Made by a program: the position numbers and the translations under genes. A stretch of 64,000 nucleotides of DNA from Candidatus Kerfeldbacteria bacterium (GTDB lineage Bacteria > Patescibacteriota > Patescibacteriia > SBBC01 > CAIJZX01), in assembly GCA_963731735.1 (NCBI GenBank), contig CAVSWO010000002.1, positions 692,257 through 756,256 of the forward strand, in the 5' to 3' direction. This document shows positions 8,479 to 17,837 of the stretch, piece after piece. The notes under the pieces were generated by a model. That model made no database searches. It saw only the letters and a list, made by a program, of their open reading frames with translations, and was not told where the DNA came from. Each line of letters starts with the position of its first letter. The stretch's first letter is position 1.

Positions 8479-8577
8479 GTGACCAAGCACACGATTGTAC
8501 CTCGACCGATTTATCCGGCCGTAAGCGGCCCGGACCGACAGACCCAATACCGAAACTTACTAGCTAAGTCAAAGTAG
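8479..8577 (+). CDS. Candidate 32-aa micro-ORF (or sRNA) under a putative SOS promoter
   Basis: GTG about 4 nt after the predicted TSS; MTKHTIVPRPIYPAVSGPDRQTQYRNLLAKSK; no homology recognised. Confidence 0.3.
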   Translation: MTKHTIVPRPIYPAVSGPDRQTQYRNLLAKSK

Positions 8578-8593
8578 AGAGCCAGCCGTTCCG

Positions 8594-8613
8594 CTCCTAG
8601 GATATCCTAGGAG
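8594..8613. repeat. Perfect 20-bp palindrome
   Basis: CTCCTAGGATATCCTAGGAG is its own reverse complement. Confidence 0.85.
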
Positions 8614-8797
8614 TTGTCTTCGTAAAAAATTAATAGATGAGATTCTAGAAAAACCGCTAAAGTTAGCGGCTTCTCTGGGTGCTCATCATGATATGTCGAT
8701 ATACGTCCGTCGGACGGTGGTCGAAAATATCGCTGAAGAGTCTCAACCTCGTTCAACCTATCATAGGAGCACCTATTAATCAATTGTGTACAACGCT

Positions 8798-9022
8798 ATG
8801 TCATCCGACATACACATTACACATCGAGCCGATGGTTCTTGGGCGGTTATCCGTGAAGGCGCTGATCGAGCGTCGAGTCTTCATAAGAGTCAGGCGGAAG
8901 CAATCGGCGCTGGACAACAAATTGCCCGGAACAATCACTCGGAACTTGTAATTCACGACCAGGATAACCATATCCGAGAAGCGTTGAGCTACGGGAATGA
9001 TCCCTATCCGCCGAAGGGTTAA
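8798..9022 (+). CDS. DUF2188 family protein
   Basis: HITHRADGSWAVIREGADRAS..SQAEAI..ELVIH..IR..SYGNDPYPPKG. Confidence 0.88.
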   Translation: MSSDIHITHRADGSWAVIREGADRASSLHKSQAEAIGAGQQIARNNHSELVIHDQDNHIREALSYGNDPYPPKG

Positions 9023-9088
9023 ATCGGTGAAAGCGGGGCCGCAATTGCGGCCCCGCCACTACAAACTTATCAAGTAACTAACGAAAAT

Positions 9089-9502
9089 ATGTTATACAAC
9101 TTCTTTTTCTGGTGGTCTATATTTTCAACGATTATCTCTCTTGGGCTACTGTACTTTGGATTGTGGCAGTACTTGAAGGGCAAGAGCGATGTCGAAAAGA
9201 ACCGATCTCAAATTAAAGTGTGGATGAACGACGCGAATGGAATCAGTAATGGATTAAACAGGATTGTCATAGATAATCTTCAAAAAAGGTATAGTAGTAC
9301 CAATGATGTCTGTAACTCAGTTTGGGCAATTCATGCGGCCGCTTCCTCACTCTATCAGAGTCTTTATGAAGAACGCTGTGTAAGTGAAACTGAATATAAA
9401 GAACGCCAAAAACGCTTCTCAGATATAATCGAAAAACAGCAACTTGCATCAATTGACCAATCGCCTCAGGGTATTACGGCTCCAACTATTGAAGAAAAAT
9501 AG
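9089..9502 (+). CDS. Hypothetical protein with N-terminal TM helix (AT-rich)
   Basis: 137-aa ORF with hydrophobic N-terminus; lower GC than flanks. Confidence 0.7.
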   Translation: MLYNFFFWWSIFSTIISLGLLYFGLWQYLKGKSDVEKNRSQIKVWMNDANGISNGLNRIVIDNLQKRYSSTNDVCNSVWAIHAAASSLYQSLYEERCVSETEYKERQKRFSDIIEKQQLASIDQSPQGITAPTIEEK

Positions 9503-9721
9503 TTTATTACTCAATTAGCTACAACATAAACGTCGCCAATAATACAATGGTGGTCACCGTCGCCTTGAAGCGGCAGAGGTTGTAAAGTCCAAAAAAAATT
9601 TTTCCAAACAGGATTGACATAGTATGAAAAATATGCTAGCTTTCTGGCCTGAAAAACAGACATCGTTCTTACGATCTCCAATAACCGATACCACACCGTC
9701 GTTCCGACCAGGGGAGGTGAC

Positions 9722-10156
9722 ATGGCCGAAATTCTGATTAAGGTTCCGCATCGCTTTCCGATCACGGAAGCCTTGACTCGCGTTAAAGCAACACTCAAGC
9801 GCCTGCAGCGGGAGCATAGTCACGAACTGGACCATTTCCATGCAGAGTGGCGGCACAACACCTGTGCCATCAACTTTTCTTCCCACGGCATGGATATCCA
9901 CTGCCACATTGCCATTCAAACCGATCACGTATTGGTTAAGGGCGATGCGCCGTGGCTGGCCCGGGGGCAGGTCGAGGATTTGGTTCGAAACCTTTTGCAG
10001 GAAACCCTGCGAAATCCAAAGCCTACGTCGGTGAACAAATCACAGCGCCAGCCGCCTGCAGCGGAAAAAGTCTATGAAGATGATGACTTGCTTGATTTCT
10101 TCAACCCATTCAAGGTGCTCCAGGAAATGGGCAAAATGATATTCGGTGACTGGTAA
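9722..10156 (+). CDS. Polyhydroxyalkanoic acid system (PHA_gran_rgn)-like protein with C-terminal extension
   Basis: IKVPH....EA..RV N-terminus and W/F/G pattern; promoter TTGACA(9614)-17-TAGCTT, SD GGAGGTG. Confidence 0.65.
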   Translation: MAEILIKVPHRFPITEALTRVKATLKRLQREHSHELDHFHAEWRHNTCAINFSSHGMDIHCHIAIQTDHVLVKGDAPWLARGQVEDLVRNLLQETLRNPKPTSVNKSQRQPPAAEKVYEDDDLLDFFNPFKVLQEMGKMIFGDW

Positions 10157-10169
10157 CGTTGGACTCGGG

Positions 10170-10208
10170 ATAAACCGGGGGATTACACATGATCTCCCGG
10201 TTATTTTT
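10170..10208 (+). terminator. Intrinsic terminator
   Basis: AACCGGGGGAT..ATCTCCCGGTT followed by ATTTTT. Confidence 0.7.
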
Positions 10209-10309
10209 AACTTCAAGACCTCAAGGCTGTCGTTCTACAGCGGCTGAAACTGTCTTGACCTTGAACCCCGACCTGAACCCCTGTACACTCTGGTTACTCC
10301 TTAGATTCT

Positions 10310-10807
10310 ATGATTTCACCACCAACACCGAAAAATGAAGTCGAGCGTTTACAGGCGCTTTGGGGCCTTCATTTACTTGATACCGCTCCGGAAGAGCGAT
10401 TTGACCGGTTAACCAAACAAGCGATCGAACGCCTGCATGTCCCAATTTCAACCGTGACGTTACTCGATCACGACCGCGAATGGTTCAAATCATGCCAGGG
10501 CTTAGCCGTAAAGGAACAACCGCGTACGATTTCGTTTTGCGCGCATGCGGTCGAAGTCAACGAACTTATGATAATTGAAGATACGCTCAAAGATTCGCGG
10601 TTTGCCGATAATCCGCAAGTTGTGAATGCACCGCATATCCGATTTTATGCCGGTGTACCGCTCCGGGATTGGAAAACCAAACAGACGGTGGGGGTTTTTT
10701 GTATTAAAGATACGAAGCCGCGTAAGCTCGAAGCGGAGGAAATGGCCATCCTCTTTGATTTAGCACGGCAGGCCGAAGAAGAGATACAAATCAAACCCGG
10801 CCAGTAA
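10310..10807 (+). CDS. Stand-alone GAF domain protein
   Basis: NEVERLQAL..LLDTAPEERFDRLT, SFCAHA, DSRFADNP.V..PHIRFYAGVPL. Confidence 0.9.
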   Translation: MISPPTPKNEVERLQALWGLHLLDTAPEERFDRLTKQAIERLHVPISTVTLLDHDREWFKSCQGLAVKEQPRTISFCAHAVEVNELMIIEDTLKDSRFADNPQVVNAPHIRFYAGVPLRDWKTKQTVGVFCIKDTKPRKLEAEEMAILFDLARQAEEEIQIKPGQ

Positions 10808-10873
10808 CCGTCGCGATCCGTCATGCAGAATTCGCGAATCCACCAATCTGACCATTTGTGCTAGGCTTAATCC

Positions 10874-11524
10874 ATGTGCGGCGCATTTTCTATCCGACTC
10901 AGTCCCTCGGAAGTTTTCTTTGTTAAAGACGCGGGTTCGTATAAACATTGGATACCGATGTATAACGCCCGACCCGGGGAGCGGTTACCGATCGTGACCC
11001 AGACCGATCCGCAGAAACTCGTGTCGGCCTGGTGGGGGTTTGTTCCGCACTGGATGGATCCGAAACGGGGGAGAGCGGTCATCAATGCCCGCGGGGAAAC
11101 GCTAACCTCCAAGCCGTATTTTCGTCAGGCGATTAAATCCCAACGCTGCGTCATCCCGGCCGACGGATTTTACGAATGGGAAAAGGGAGGGAAATCGAAA
11201 ATTCCCTATTTTTTTCACCGTCGCGATGACAAACCATTCGCCTTCGCCGGCATCTATGACGCGCTCCCGGGCCAACCTAACCACTACGGCTTCGCGATCA
11301 TTACGACCACTCCAAACAAGACAGTCGGCCGCGTTCATGATCGCATGCCGGCCATGCTACCGGATGATCAGGTGGATGATTGGCTGAATCCCGAAGCCAC
11401 GGCCGACCAGGCCGAAAAACTGATTCGTCCCTACCCGGATTCACTGATGACGTCCTACGAAGTTTCCCGAGCGGTCAATTACGCCAAAAACAAAGGTCCG
11501 GAAGTGGCGGAGCCGATAGAGTAG
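10874..11524 (+). CDS. SRAP/HMCES (YedK-like) abasic-site processing protein
   Basis: N-terminal MCG, INARGET, PADGFYEW, HDRMP. Confidence 0.93.
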   Translation: MCGAFSIRLSPSEVFFVKDAGSYKHWIPMYNARPGERLPIVTQTDPQKLVSAWWGFVPHWMDPKRGRAVINARGETLTSKPYFRQAIKSQRCVIPADGFYEWEKGGKSKIPYFFHRRDDKPFAFAGIYDALPGQPNHYGFAIITTTPNKTVGRVHDRMPAMLPDDQVDDWLNPEATADQAEKLIRPYPDSLMTSYEVSRAVNYAKNKGPEVAEPIE

Positions 11525-11641
11525 TCAAAAAACGACCGGTTTTTCTAATCCCAAAGTCCCCAAGGCCGTCGGCCTGAAGGAGCAGAAGTTGTGAATAAAA
11601 ACCAGAGGTATAAAACGAGATTTGTGCTATATTGAGAATGT

Positions 11642-12556
11642 ATGGCTGAAACGGTTGTCAGTATTAAGAACTTCTCGAAAACCTTTGGAAATAACCAGGT
11701 CGTGAAGGACCTGTCGTTTGACGTTCACCAGGGAGAAACCTTCGCCTTTTTAGGAGCGAACGGTTCGGGTAAGACCACCACGGTTCGCTGCCTGCTTGAT
11801 ATTCTTGAACCGACCAGCGGCGAATTGTCGATCCTTGGCCAAAAGTATTCAGTCGCGTTAGCGAAAAAAGTTGGCTACCTGCCGGAGGAACGGGGACTGT
11901 ATGTTGATTCGAATGTGCTGGAAACGATGGTGTACTTCGGGACACTGAAAGGCGTGCCGGCCGAGCAGGCGACCGCCTGGTCGGTCAGCTACCTGGAACG
12001 CGTCGGCTTGCCGCACGTCCAAGAGCAGAAGATCAAAACCCTGTCGTCGGGACAACAGCAAAAGATCCAACTCGGCATTACAATTATTAATCAGCCGTCG
12101 CTGCTGATTCTCGATGAACCGACCAAGGGCCTTGATCCGGTCAACCGCGAATTGCTCATGGAAACCCTGGACGAGTTACGTCGGGGCGGCGCCACGATTA
12201 TTTTCATTACCCACCAGATGGATGAAGTCGAGAAACTAGCCGACCGGTTAGTCATGATTAAAAATGGCCGACGGGTGCTGTATGGCGGCGTTCAGGAAGT
12301 CCGGGAAGGCTTCGGCGAACGTCGGGTTCATGTCGAGTTTGAGGGCGACTTCCCAGCTAATGAAAAACTGTACCGCGTGGTGACGGCCGAGAATAACTTG
12401 GCCGAGCTTGTACCGAATGACGGCGTTCGGGCGCCTGAAATTTTTACCTACCTGGCCGGTACGAATATTCAAGTCACGAAATTTGAGCGGGCCTTGCCCT
12501 CGCTGCAGGAAATGTTCGTGGCGATTCAGAACCGTTCGGATCAGGAAACCGCCTAA
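11642..12556 (+). CDS. ABC-2 type transporter ATP-binding protein
   Basis: GANGSGKTT, GYLPEERGLY, LSSGQQQ, ILDEP. Confidence 0.93.
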   Translation: MAETVVSIKNFSKTFGNNQVVKDLSFDVHQGETFAFLGANGSGKTTTVRCLLDILEPTSGELSILGQKYSVALAKKVGYLPEERGLYVDSNVLETMVYFGTLKGVPAEQATAWSVSYLERVGLPHVQEQKIKTLSSGQQQKIQLGITIINQPSLLILDEPTKGLDPVNRELLMETLDELRRGGATIIFITHQMDEVEKLADRLVMIKNGRRVLYGGVQEVREGFGERRVHVEFEGDFPANEKLYRVVTAENNLAELVPNDGVRAPEIFTYLAGTNIQVTKFERALPSLQEMFVAIQNRSDQETA

Positions 12557-12561
12557 CCCAT

Positions 12562-13830
12562 ATGTTACGCAATCTCCTTAAACTCATCGTCCGAAAATTT
12601 TCAACCGGTGGGACGAACAACCCGTTACTGCTGATCGCGCAGCGGGAATATTGGAAAGTGATCCGGAAGAAATCGTTCTGGGTGCTGATTCTGCTCCTGC
12701 CGACGTTCTATATTGTCGTGTCCATTATTTCCGGGTCCTCGGCCAGCACGGTCGAGAAGAAAATTGCCGAACAGGCCAAAGGCGCCAAACGAATTATTAT
12801 CGTCGACCAATCGGGGCTGATCGCGCCGGCGTTGATGCAGCCGCCACTCGAACCGGGGATCGACGCGCAGGCGGCCCAACAAGCGGTGCAACAGGATAAG
12901 GCCGACGCGGCCATTATCTATCCAGCCGACCTGGCTAAGGACCAAACTATTCGGGTGTTCGCCGTTGACACCGGCATTATCAGCCGCGGCCGGTTCGACG
13001 CAATCGGCCAGACCCTGCTCAAGCAAAGCATCCTCGCGACCCTACCGAATCCGGCCGACGCAGGCCTGGTCGCCCAACCGCCGAAAGTCCAAACGACCAT
13101 TTACGCCAACGGCCAAAAGATTGTGACTTCAATTGAAGCCTACATCCTGCCGATTGTGGCGGTGGTGATTTACTTCTTGCTGACCATCACCTCGGTCAGC
13201 TATATGCTGATGGCGATTGCCGAAGAAAAAGAGAACCGGATGATCGAAACTATCCGCTCGATGGTGACGCCGAAACAGTTGATCTGGGGGAAGCTGTTGG
13301 CTATGGTTGGCCTAGCCTTTACCCAGCTGGTGATCCTGGCTATCTATGGAATCATCGCCTATAACGTCTCATCAAAAATCTTGCCGATTAGCATAAACTG
13401 GTCGCTGGTCGACATCGGCGTCTGGCAGGCGATCCTGACCGGATTTTTCATTGTCGGCGGGTTTACCTTCATGGCTTCGCTGATGGTCGGCATCGGGGCG
13501 GCCATGCCGAGCTATCGCGACGCGCAGCAAGCTTCGCCGTTGTTCATTATTACCTCCATTCTCCCGATCTACTTTGCCACCGTACTGCTGGCGGATCCAA
13601 GCGGCATGGTCGCGAAAATTACCAGCTACGTACCGTTAATGTCGCCGCTCGTCCTGACTTTCCGGGCCTCGGTTGGGGCCCTACCGATTTGGGAACAGTT
13701 TTTGGGGATTGCGGCGACTGTGATCTATGTCGCTATCGGCTTGTATCTGGCCTTCAAATTATTTGAACTCGGCAGCCTGGAAACCAGCAAAAAGGTAAAT
13801 ATCAAGAGCTTGCTTCGACGATCGTTATAG
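12562..13830 (+). CDS. ABC-2 type transporter permease (NatB/YhaP-like)
   Basis: IAEEKENRMIE, GK motif, six TM helices and a large extracellular loop. Confidence 0.88.
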   Translation: MLRNLLKLIVRKFSTGGTNNPLLLIAQREYWKVIRKKSFWVLILLLPTFYIVVSIISGSSASTVEKKIAEQAKGAKRIIIVDQSGLIAPALMQPPLEPGIDAQAAQQAVQQDKADAAIIYPADLAKDQTIRVFAVDTGIISRGRFDAIGQTLLKQSILATLPNPADAGLVAQPPKVQTTIYANGQKIVTSIEAYILPIVAVVIYFLLTITSVSYMLMAIAEEKENRMIETIRSMVTPKQLIWGKLLAMVGLAFTQLVILAIYGIIAYNVSSKILPISINWSLVDIGVWQAILTGFFIVGGFTFMASLMVGIGAAMPSYRDAQQASPLFIITSILPIYFATVLLADPSGMVAKITSYVPLMSPLVLTFRASVGALPIWEQFLGIAATVIYVAIGLYLAFKLFELGSLETSKKVNIKSLLRRSL

Positions 13831-13884
13831 CGACGCTGAGAGCCACGCAGTGGGCCTCAGAGAAGAACATGGTATACTTTTTGT

Positions 13885-14382
13885 ATGCAATATCAATATT
13901 GTCCGAAATGCGGATATCATTATGCCCATAGGCAAGCGGATGTACACGCCCTGAAGTGCGATAATTGTGGATTTACCTTCTATCTGAATTCAAAGCCGAC
14001 CGCGAGCGTGCTTGTTGTTCAGAATGATAAGTTGCTTTTAGGGAAAAGACGTATTGAGCCGTCGAAAGGAAAGTGGGATGTGATTGGTGGATTTTTAAAT
14101 TTTGGAGAAGATCCGGTCGATGGCGCGAAGCGAGAAGTTGAGGAGGAAACGGGCCTGAAAATTATACCAAAATCGATTATCGGAATCTTTATGGATATTT
14201 ACGGCCCGGACGGCGACGCAACGCTCAATATTTGTTATTTGGGAGAAGTCATTGGGGGCGATCTGAAGGCCAACGATGACATAGAGTCATTACAATGGTT
14301 TGCGAAAGATGAAATACCTAATGAAATTGCTTTTCAGAATGGCAGGGATATGATCGATGTATGGATGAAAAGTAGCATTTAA
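13885..14382 (+). CDS. NUDIX hydrolase with N-terminal zinc ribbon
   Basis: CPKCG..CDNCG; GGFLNFGEDPVDGAKREVEEETGL Nudix box. Confidence 0.92.
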   Translation: MQYQYCPKCGYHYAHRQADVHALKCDNCGFTFYLNSKPTASVLVVQNDKLLLGKRRIEPSKGKWDVIGGFLNFGEDPVDGAKREVEEETGLKIIPKSIIGIFMDIYGPDGDATLNICYLGEVIGGDLKANDDIESLQWFAKDEIPNEIAFQNGRDMIDVWMKSSI

Positions 14383-14396
14383 GATCTTGCCTGAAT

Positions 14397-14936
14397 ATGA
14401 ATAATAGAAAAGTAGTATTAAAGTTGGGGGACATTGTTATTCGAAAGTATCAGATGAGCGATCTTATCCCGTTGGCCGAACAATTTTCTCATCCTCAAAT
14501 CCTGAAGAATATTCGAGGTGTAAAGAGTACCTACACCAAGAAAGATGCTCGAGAATTTTTGAAGAAATCCATGAGAAAAAAGATGGCCTCGAGGAGCAGT
14601 ATCGGATATCGGCTCGAATACGCAATTGATATTCGTGGGAAATTTGCTGGAGGTATTGGAGTAACGCTCGATGGCCAGAAGGCAGAGATTGGATACTGGA
14701 TTGGAAGCAATTGGTGGAATCAGGGTTACATGACTAAGATAATTCGGAGTTTTTCCAGATATGTGCTGAAGAAATACAAAATTCAAAGAATTTTTGCTTG
14801 TGTTTTTCCGTTTAACAAAGCTTCGGCGAGAGTTTTAAGAAAAAGCGGATTTCAATTTGAAGGAAGGCTTCGAAAAAATTATCGAGCGGGAAAAAAATAC
14901 CTGGATATTCTTATGTTTTCAAAGATAGCAACTTGA
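14397..14936 (+). CDS. GNAT acetyltransferase, RimJ/RimL family
   Basis: AEIGYWIG..WNQGYM, NKASARVLRKSGFQFEG. Confidence 0.9.
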   Translation: MNNRKVVLKLGDIVIRKYQMSDLIPLAEQFSHPQILKNIRGVKSTYTKKDAREFLKKSMRKKMASRSSIGYRLEYAIDIRGKFAGGIGVTLDGQKAEIGYWIGSNWWNQGYMTKIIRSFSRYVLKKYKIQRIFACVFPFNKASARVLRKSGFQFEGRLRKNYRAGKKYLDILMFSKIAT

Positions 14937-15619
14937 ACATTCGCCTTCATAAATTCATCGCCAGTACCGGCGTGGCTTCCCGTCGGAAAGCCGAAGAATT
15001 GATCGCGGCCGGGAAAGTAACCGTCAATGGCGAGGTGGTCACCCAGCTGGGTGTTAGTATTGATCCGAGTCGTGACGAGGTAACGGTCAACCATCAGCGA
15101 TTACAATCAATTGGCACGTTTCGATACCTGGCGCTGAATAAACCGGAGGGTATCATCTGTACGCGCGCCCAACATAAACGCGAGCGGACTGTTTACGACA
15201 TCGTACCGAAGAGCCGAAACTTGGTCATTGCGGGTCGGCTCGATAAAGATTCGGAGGGACTGGTCTTGTTAACGAACGACGGCGCCCTCACCAATCGCCT
15301 GACCCATCCGCGCTATGGTCACCAAAAAGAATATATGGTCTCGACTGCTCATCCGTTGAACGCGGACATGCTCAATCGCTTACGGCGCGGTTTGAAATTT
15401 CCCGAGGGCAAGGCGCGAGTCGATGAGATCAGCGAAGTCGGCACTCAAACCTATCGGGTCATTTTACACCAGGGATGGAAGCGCCAAATCCGGCGGATGC
15501 TGAGTCGGGTCGGTTCCGATGTTACGCGTCTAACCCGGGTGCGGATCGAAAAGTTAACCCTTGGCGAGCTGAATCCAGGGGAGTGGCGTGAAGTCAACCG
15601 GGCCGATATCGTCGGCTAG
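14933..15619 (+). CDS. rRNA pseudouridine synthase, RsuA/RluB family
   Basis: S4 domain RLHKFIA..SRRKAE; GRLDKDSEGL; HP..KEY; RQIRRM. Confidence 0.93.
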   Translation: MNIRLHKFIASTGVASRRKAEELIAAGKVTVNGEVVTQLGVSIDPSRDEVTVNHQRLQSIGTFRYLALNKPEGIICTRAQHKRERTVYDIVPKSRNLVIAGRLDKDSEGLVLLTNDGALTNRLTHPRYGHQKEYMVSTAHPLNADMLNRLRRGLKFPEGKARVDEISEVGTQTYRVILHQGWKRQIRRMLSRVGSDVTRLTRVRIEKLTLGELNPGEWREVNRADIVG

Positions 15620-15651
15620 GCCAAAGCTGGCCGGTGTGCTAGGCTGGGGCT

Positions 15652-16050
15652 ATGGATGAGGCAGAAGCCAAGCAAAAACTCACTCCCGAGCAATATAACG
15701 TCTGTTTCCTGAAGGGCACCGAACCGCCCGGCAGCGGTAAGTTTTTGCATACCAAAGCCGCCGGAAAGTATGTCTGCGTGGTCTGCGGACAGGAACTCTT
15801 CAAGTCGGACACTAAGTTCGATTCGAAAACCGGCTGGCCGAGTTTCTGGGATCCGGCCGCCGACGCGAACGTCAAAACACAGGATGATTTTGAACTCGGC
15901 ATGCGCCGGACGGAAGTTTTGTGCTCGCGCTGCGGTTCACACCTCGGGCATGTGTTTGACGACGGACCGCCACCAACCGGCAAACGCTATTGTATCAACT
16001 CTTTGGCACTGGATTTTCAACCGAAGGGGGAACCGGATGACGGAAGCTGA
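15652..16050 (+). CDS. msrB: Peptide-methionine (R)-S-oxide reductase
   Basis: GTEPP, KFDSKTGWPSF, HLGHVFDDGP, RYCINS. Confidence 0.97.
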   Translation: MDEAEAKQKLTPEQYNVCFLKGTEPPGSGKFLHTKAAGKYVCVVCGQELFKSDTKFDSKTGWPSFWDPAADANVKTQDDFELGMRRTEVLCSRCGSHLGHVFDDGPPPTGKRYCINSLALDFQPKGEPDDGS

Positions 16051-16303
16051 GGGTCGAGAACTTTTTCGCCGCGAAGGATTTACCAAAATCAATTCCTGGT
16101 TTGAATCTCCCGAGACGGAGTACGGAGAGCACACCCATTCGCATGACAGCACCTATCTCGTGATCGAAGGCAGCATGACGGTCGGCAGCGATAGCAAAAT
16201 GCAGGTATATCATCCCGGTGATCGGTTTTCGATTGAAGCGAATAAACCGCATACGACTACTTTCGGTCCGGAGGGGTGTTTGTATTTAATCGGGGAAAAA
16301 TAA
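16037..16303 (+). CDS. Cupin domain protein
   Basis: HTH....YLVIEGSM..GDRFSIEANKPH..GPEGC; start overlaps the msrB end. Confidence 0.85.
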   Translation: MTEAEGRELFRREGFTKINSWFESPETEYGEHTHSHDSTYLVIEGSMTVGSDSKMQVYHPGDRFSIEANKPHTTTFGPEGCLYLIGEK

Positions 16304-16536
16304 TGAAAAAACTCAAACCGCTGCCGCGTATCCACCTCGGTCGATACGTGCATTACAAAGGACATCACTATCGGGTACTAGGCATTGTTCGACACAGTGA
16401 AACGCTTGAGCCAATGGTGCTTTACGAACGATTAGGATCGCGGCCATCACGTTGGGTTCGACCATACACAATGTTTACGGGCACGGTCACCGTTCGAGGG
16501 AAACGCCAACCACGTTTTCAATTTATCCATCGCTAA
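16303..16536 (+). CDS. DUF1653 family protein
   Basis: GRYVHYKG..Y.V....HSETLE.MVLY..WVRP..MF..RF. Confidence 0.9.
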   Translation: MKKLKPLPRIHLGRYVHYKGHHYRVLGIVRHSETLEPMVLYERLGSRPSRWVRPYTMFTGTVTVRGKRQPRFQFIHR

Positions 16537-17669
16537 TGCAATTCACCGTCACCAAGCGCTCCGGCCGGAGCCGCGCGCGATTAGGACTTTTGCAAACGTC
16601 CCACGGGGTGGTCGAAACGCCGGCCATCGTTCCGGTCGCTACCCAGGCGACCGTCAAAACCTTGACCATTGACCAGGTCTTGGCCAGTGGCACCCAACTC
16701 CTGATTGCCAATACCTTTCATCTTCACCTGAAGCCGGGAGAGCAATTCGTCAAAAAAGCCGGCGGTCTGCACAAATTTATGCGGTGGCCGAAACCGTTGA
16801 TGACCGATTCGGCCGGTTTTCAGGTCTTCAGCCTCGGCTTTGGCCGCGATTTGGGGTTAGGGAAAATCGTCAAATGGGACGGCGGCCAACGGGTAAAGCA
16901 AGGGAGTCAGCCGCAACATCTAAAAATTACCGATCGTGGTGTACACTTTCGTTCCCCAGTGGATGGCCGCCAACTGTTTATCGGACCGAAAGAATCGATT
17001 ACCATTCAAGCGGCGCTGGGCGCGGATATTGTTCTCGCCTTCGACGAGTGCCCACCGCCGGTGGCCAGCAAGGCTTACGTCAAAGCCTCGCTGGTGCGGA
17101 CGCATGCCTGGGCCGAGCAGTGCCTCAAGGCGCACACATCCAAACAAGCACTGTACGGCATTGTTCAGGGCGGAAAGTTTAAAGATCTCCGCCAGCAGAG
17201 CGCAGATTTTATTGGCGGCTTACCCTTTTCCGGATTTGCGATTGGTGGAGAGTTTGGCAGCGATAAAAAAACCATGGCCAGGATGGTCGGCTGGGTGAAT
17301 GATGTTTTACCGGACACCAAGCCGCGCCACTTGCTCGGGATCGGCCATCCTGAGGATATTCCGCACATTATCAAAGCCGGCGTGGATACGTTTGATTGTA
17401 TCGTGCCGACGCACTATGCGCGGCACGGCACCGCCTTCATCAGCACCGGCCGGCTGGATGTGACCAAGCAAGTGCTGCTGAACGACCGCAAACCGCTCGA
17501 TCCAATGTGCGCGTGCACGGTCTGCGCCACATATACGCGGAGTTATATTTCCCACCTGTTTCGGGCCAAAGAGATTCTCGGGATGGTGCTGGTGACGCAA
17601 CATAACTTATGGTATTTCAACACCTTGGTTGAACAGTATCGCAAACTGATCAAGCAGGGGAAGTTGTGA
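16536..17669 (+). CDS. tgt: tRNA-guanine transglycosylase
   Basis: NTFHL, TDSAGFQVFSL, FDEC, GIVQGG, GVDTFDC, CACTVC..H zinc site. Confidence 0.95.
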   Translation: MQFTVTKRSGRSRARLGLLQTSHGVVETPAIVPVATQATVKTLTIDQVLASGTQLLIANTFHLHLKPGEQFVKKAGGLHKFMRWPKPLMTDSAGFQVFSLGFGRDLGLGKIVKWDGGQRVKQGSQPQHLKITDRGVHFRSPVDGRQLFIGPKESITIQAALGADIVLAFDECPPPVASKAYVKASLVRTHAWAEQCLKAHTSKQALYGIVQGGKFKDLRQQSADFIGGLPFSGFAIGGEFGSDKKTMARMVGWVNDVLPDTKPRHLLGIGHPEDIPHIIKAGVDTFDCIVPTHYARHGTAFISTGRLDVTKQVLLNDRKPLDPMCACTVCATYTRSYISHLFRAKEILGMVLVTQHNLWYFNTLVEQYRKLIKQGKL

Positions 17670-17694
17670 TAATTGTCCTCGGGCCGGACGGGCC

Positions 17695-17802
17695 GGTACT
17701 TTTTCTGCTTGACCAGAAAAAGTACCCAAAAAGACTCAAGCGCCCGCTCAAACTCGCGCGTAAAAATTTAACACCCAGTGCGCTCAAACAGTGAGCGGGC
17801 GC
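17695..17802 (+). ncRNA. Flavo-1-like structured RNA/repeat motif
   Basis: GGTACTTTTTCTG-CTTGAC-CAGAAAAAGTACC hairpin whose loop can pair with downstream TCAAG (pseudoknot), then GCGCCCGCTCA..AAACTCGC..GCGCTCAAACAG..TGAGCGGGCGC. Confidence 0.6.
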
Positions 17803-17837
17803 AAAGGTTAGTGGTAAACAACATATGTATGTAGGTT

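Noticed and set aside
10212-10280. TTCAAG..CTTGAA inverted repeat and tandem GACC(T)TGAACCCC
   Set aside because: Short and imperfect with no second copy in the window; cannot be told from chance
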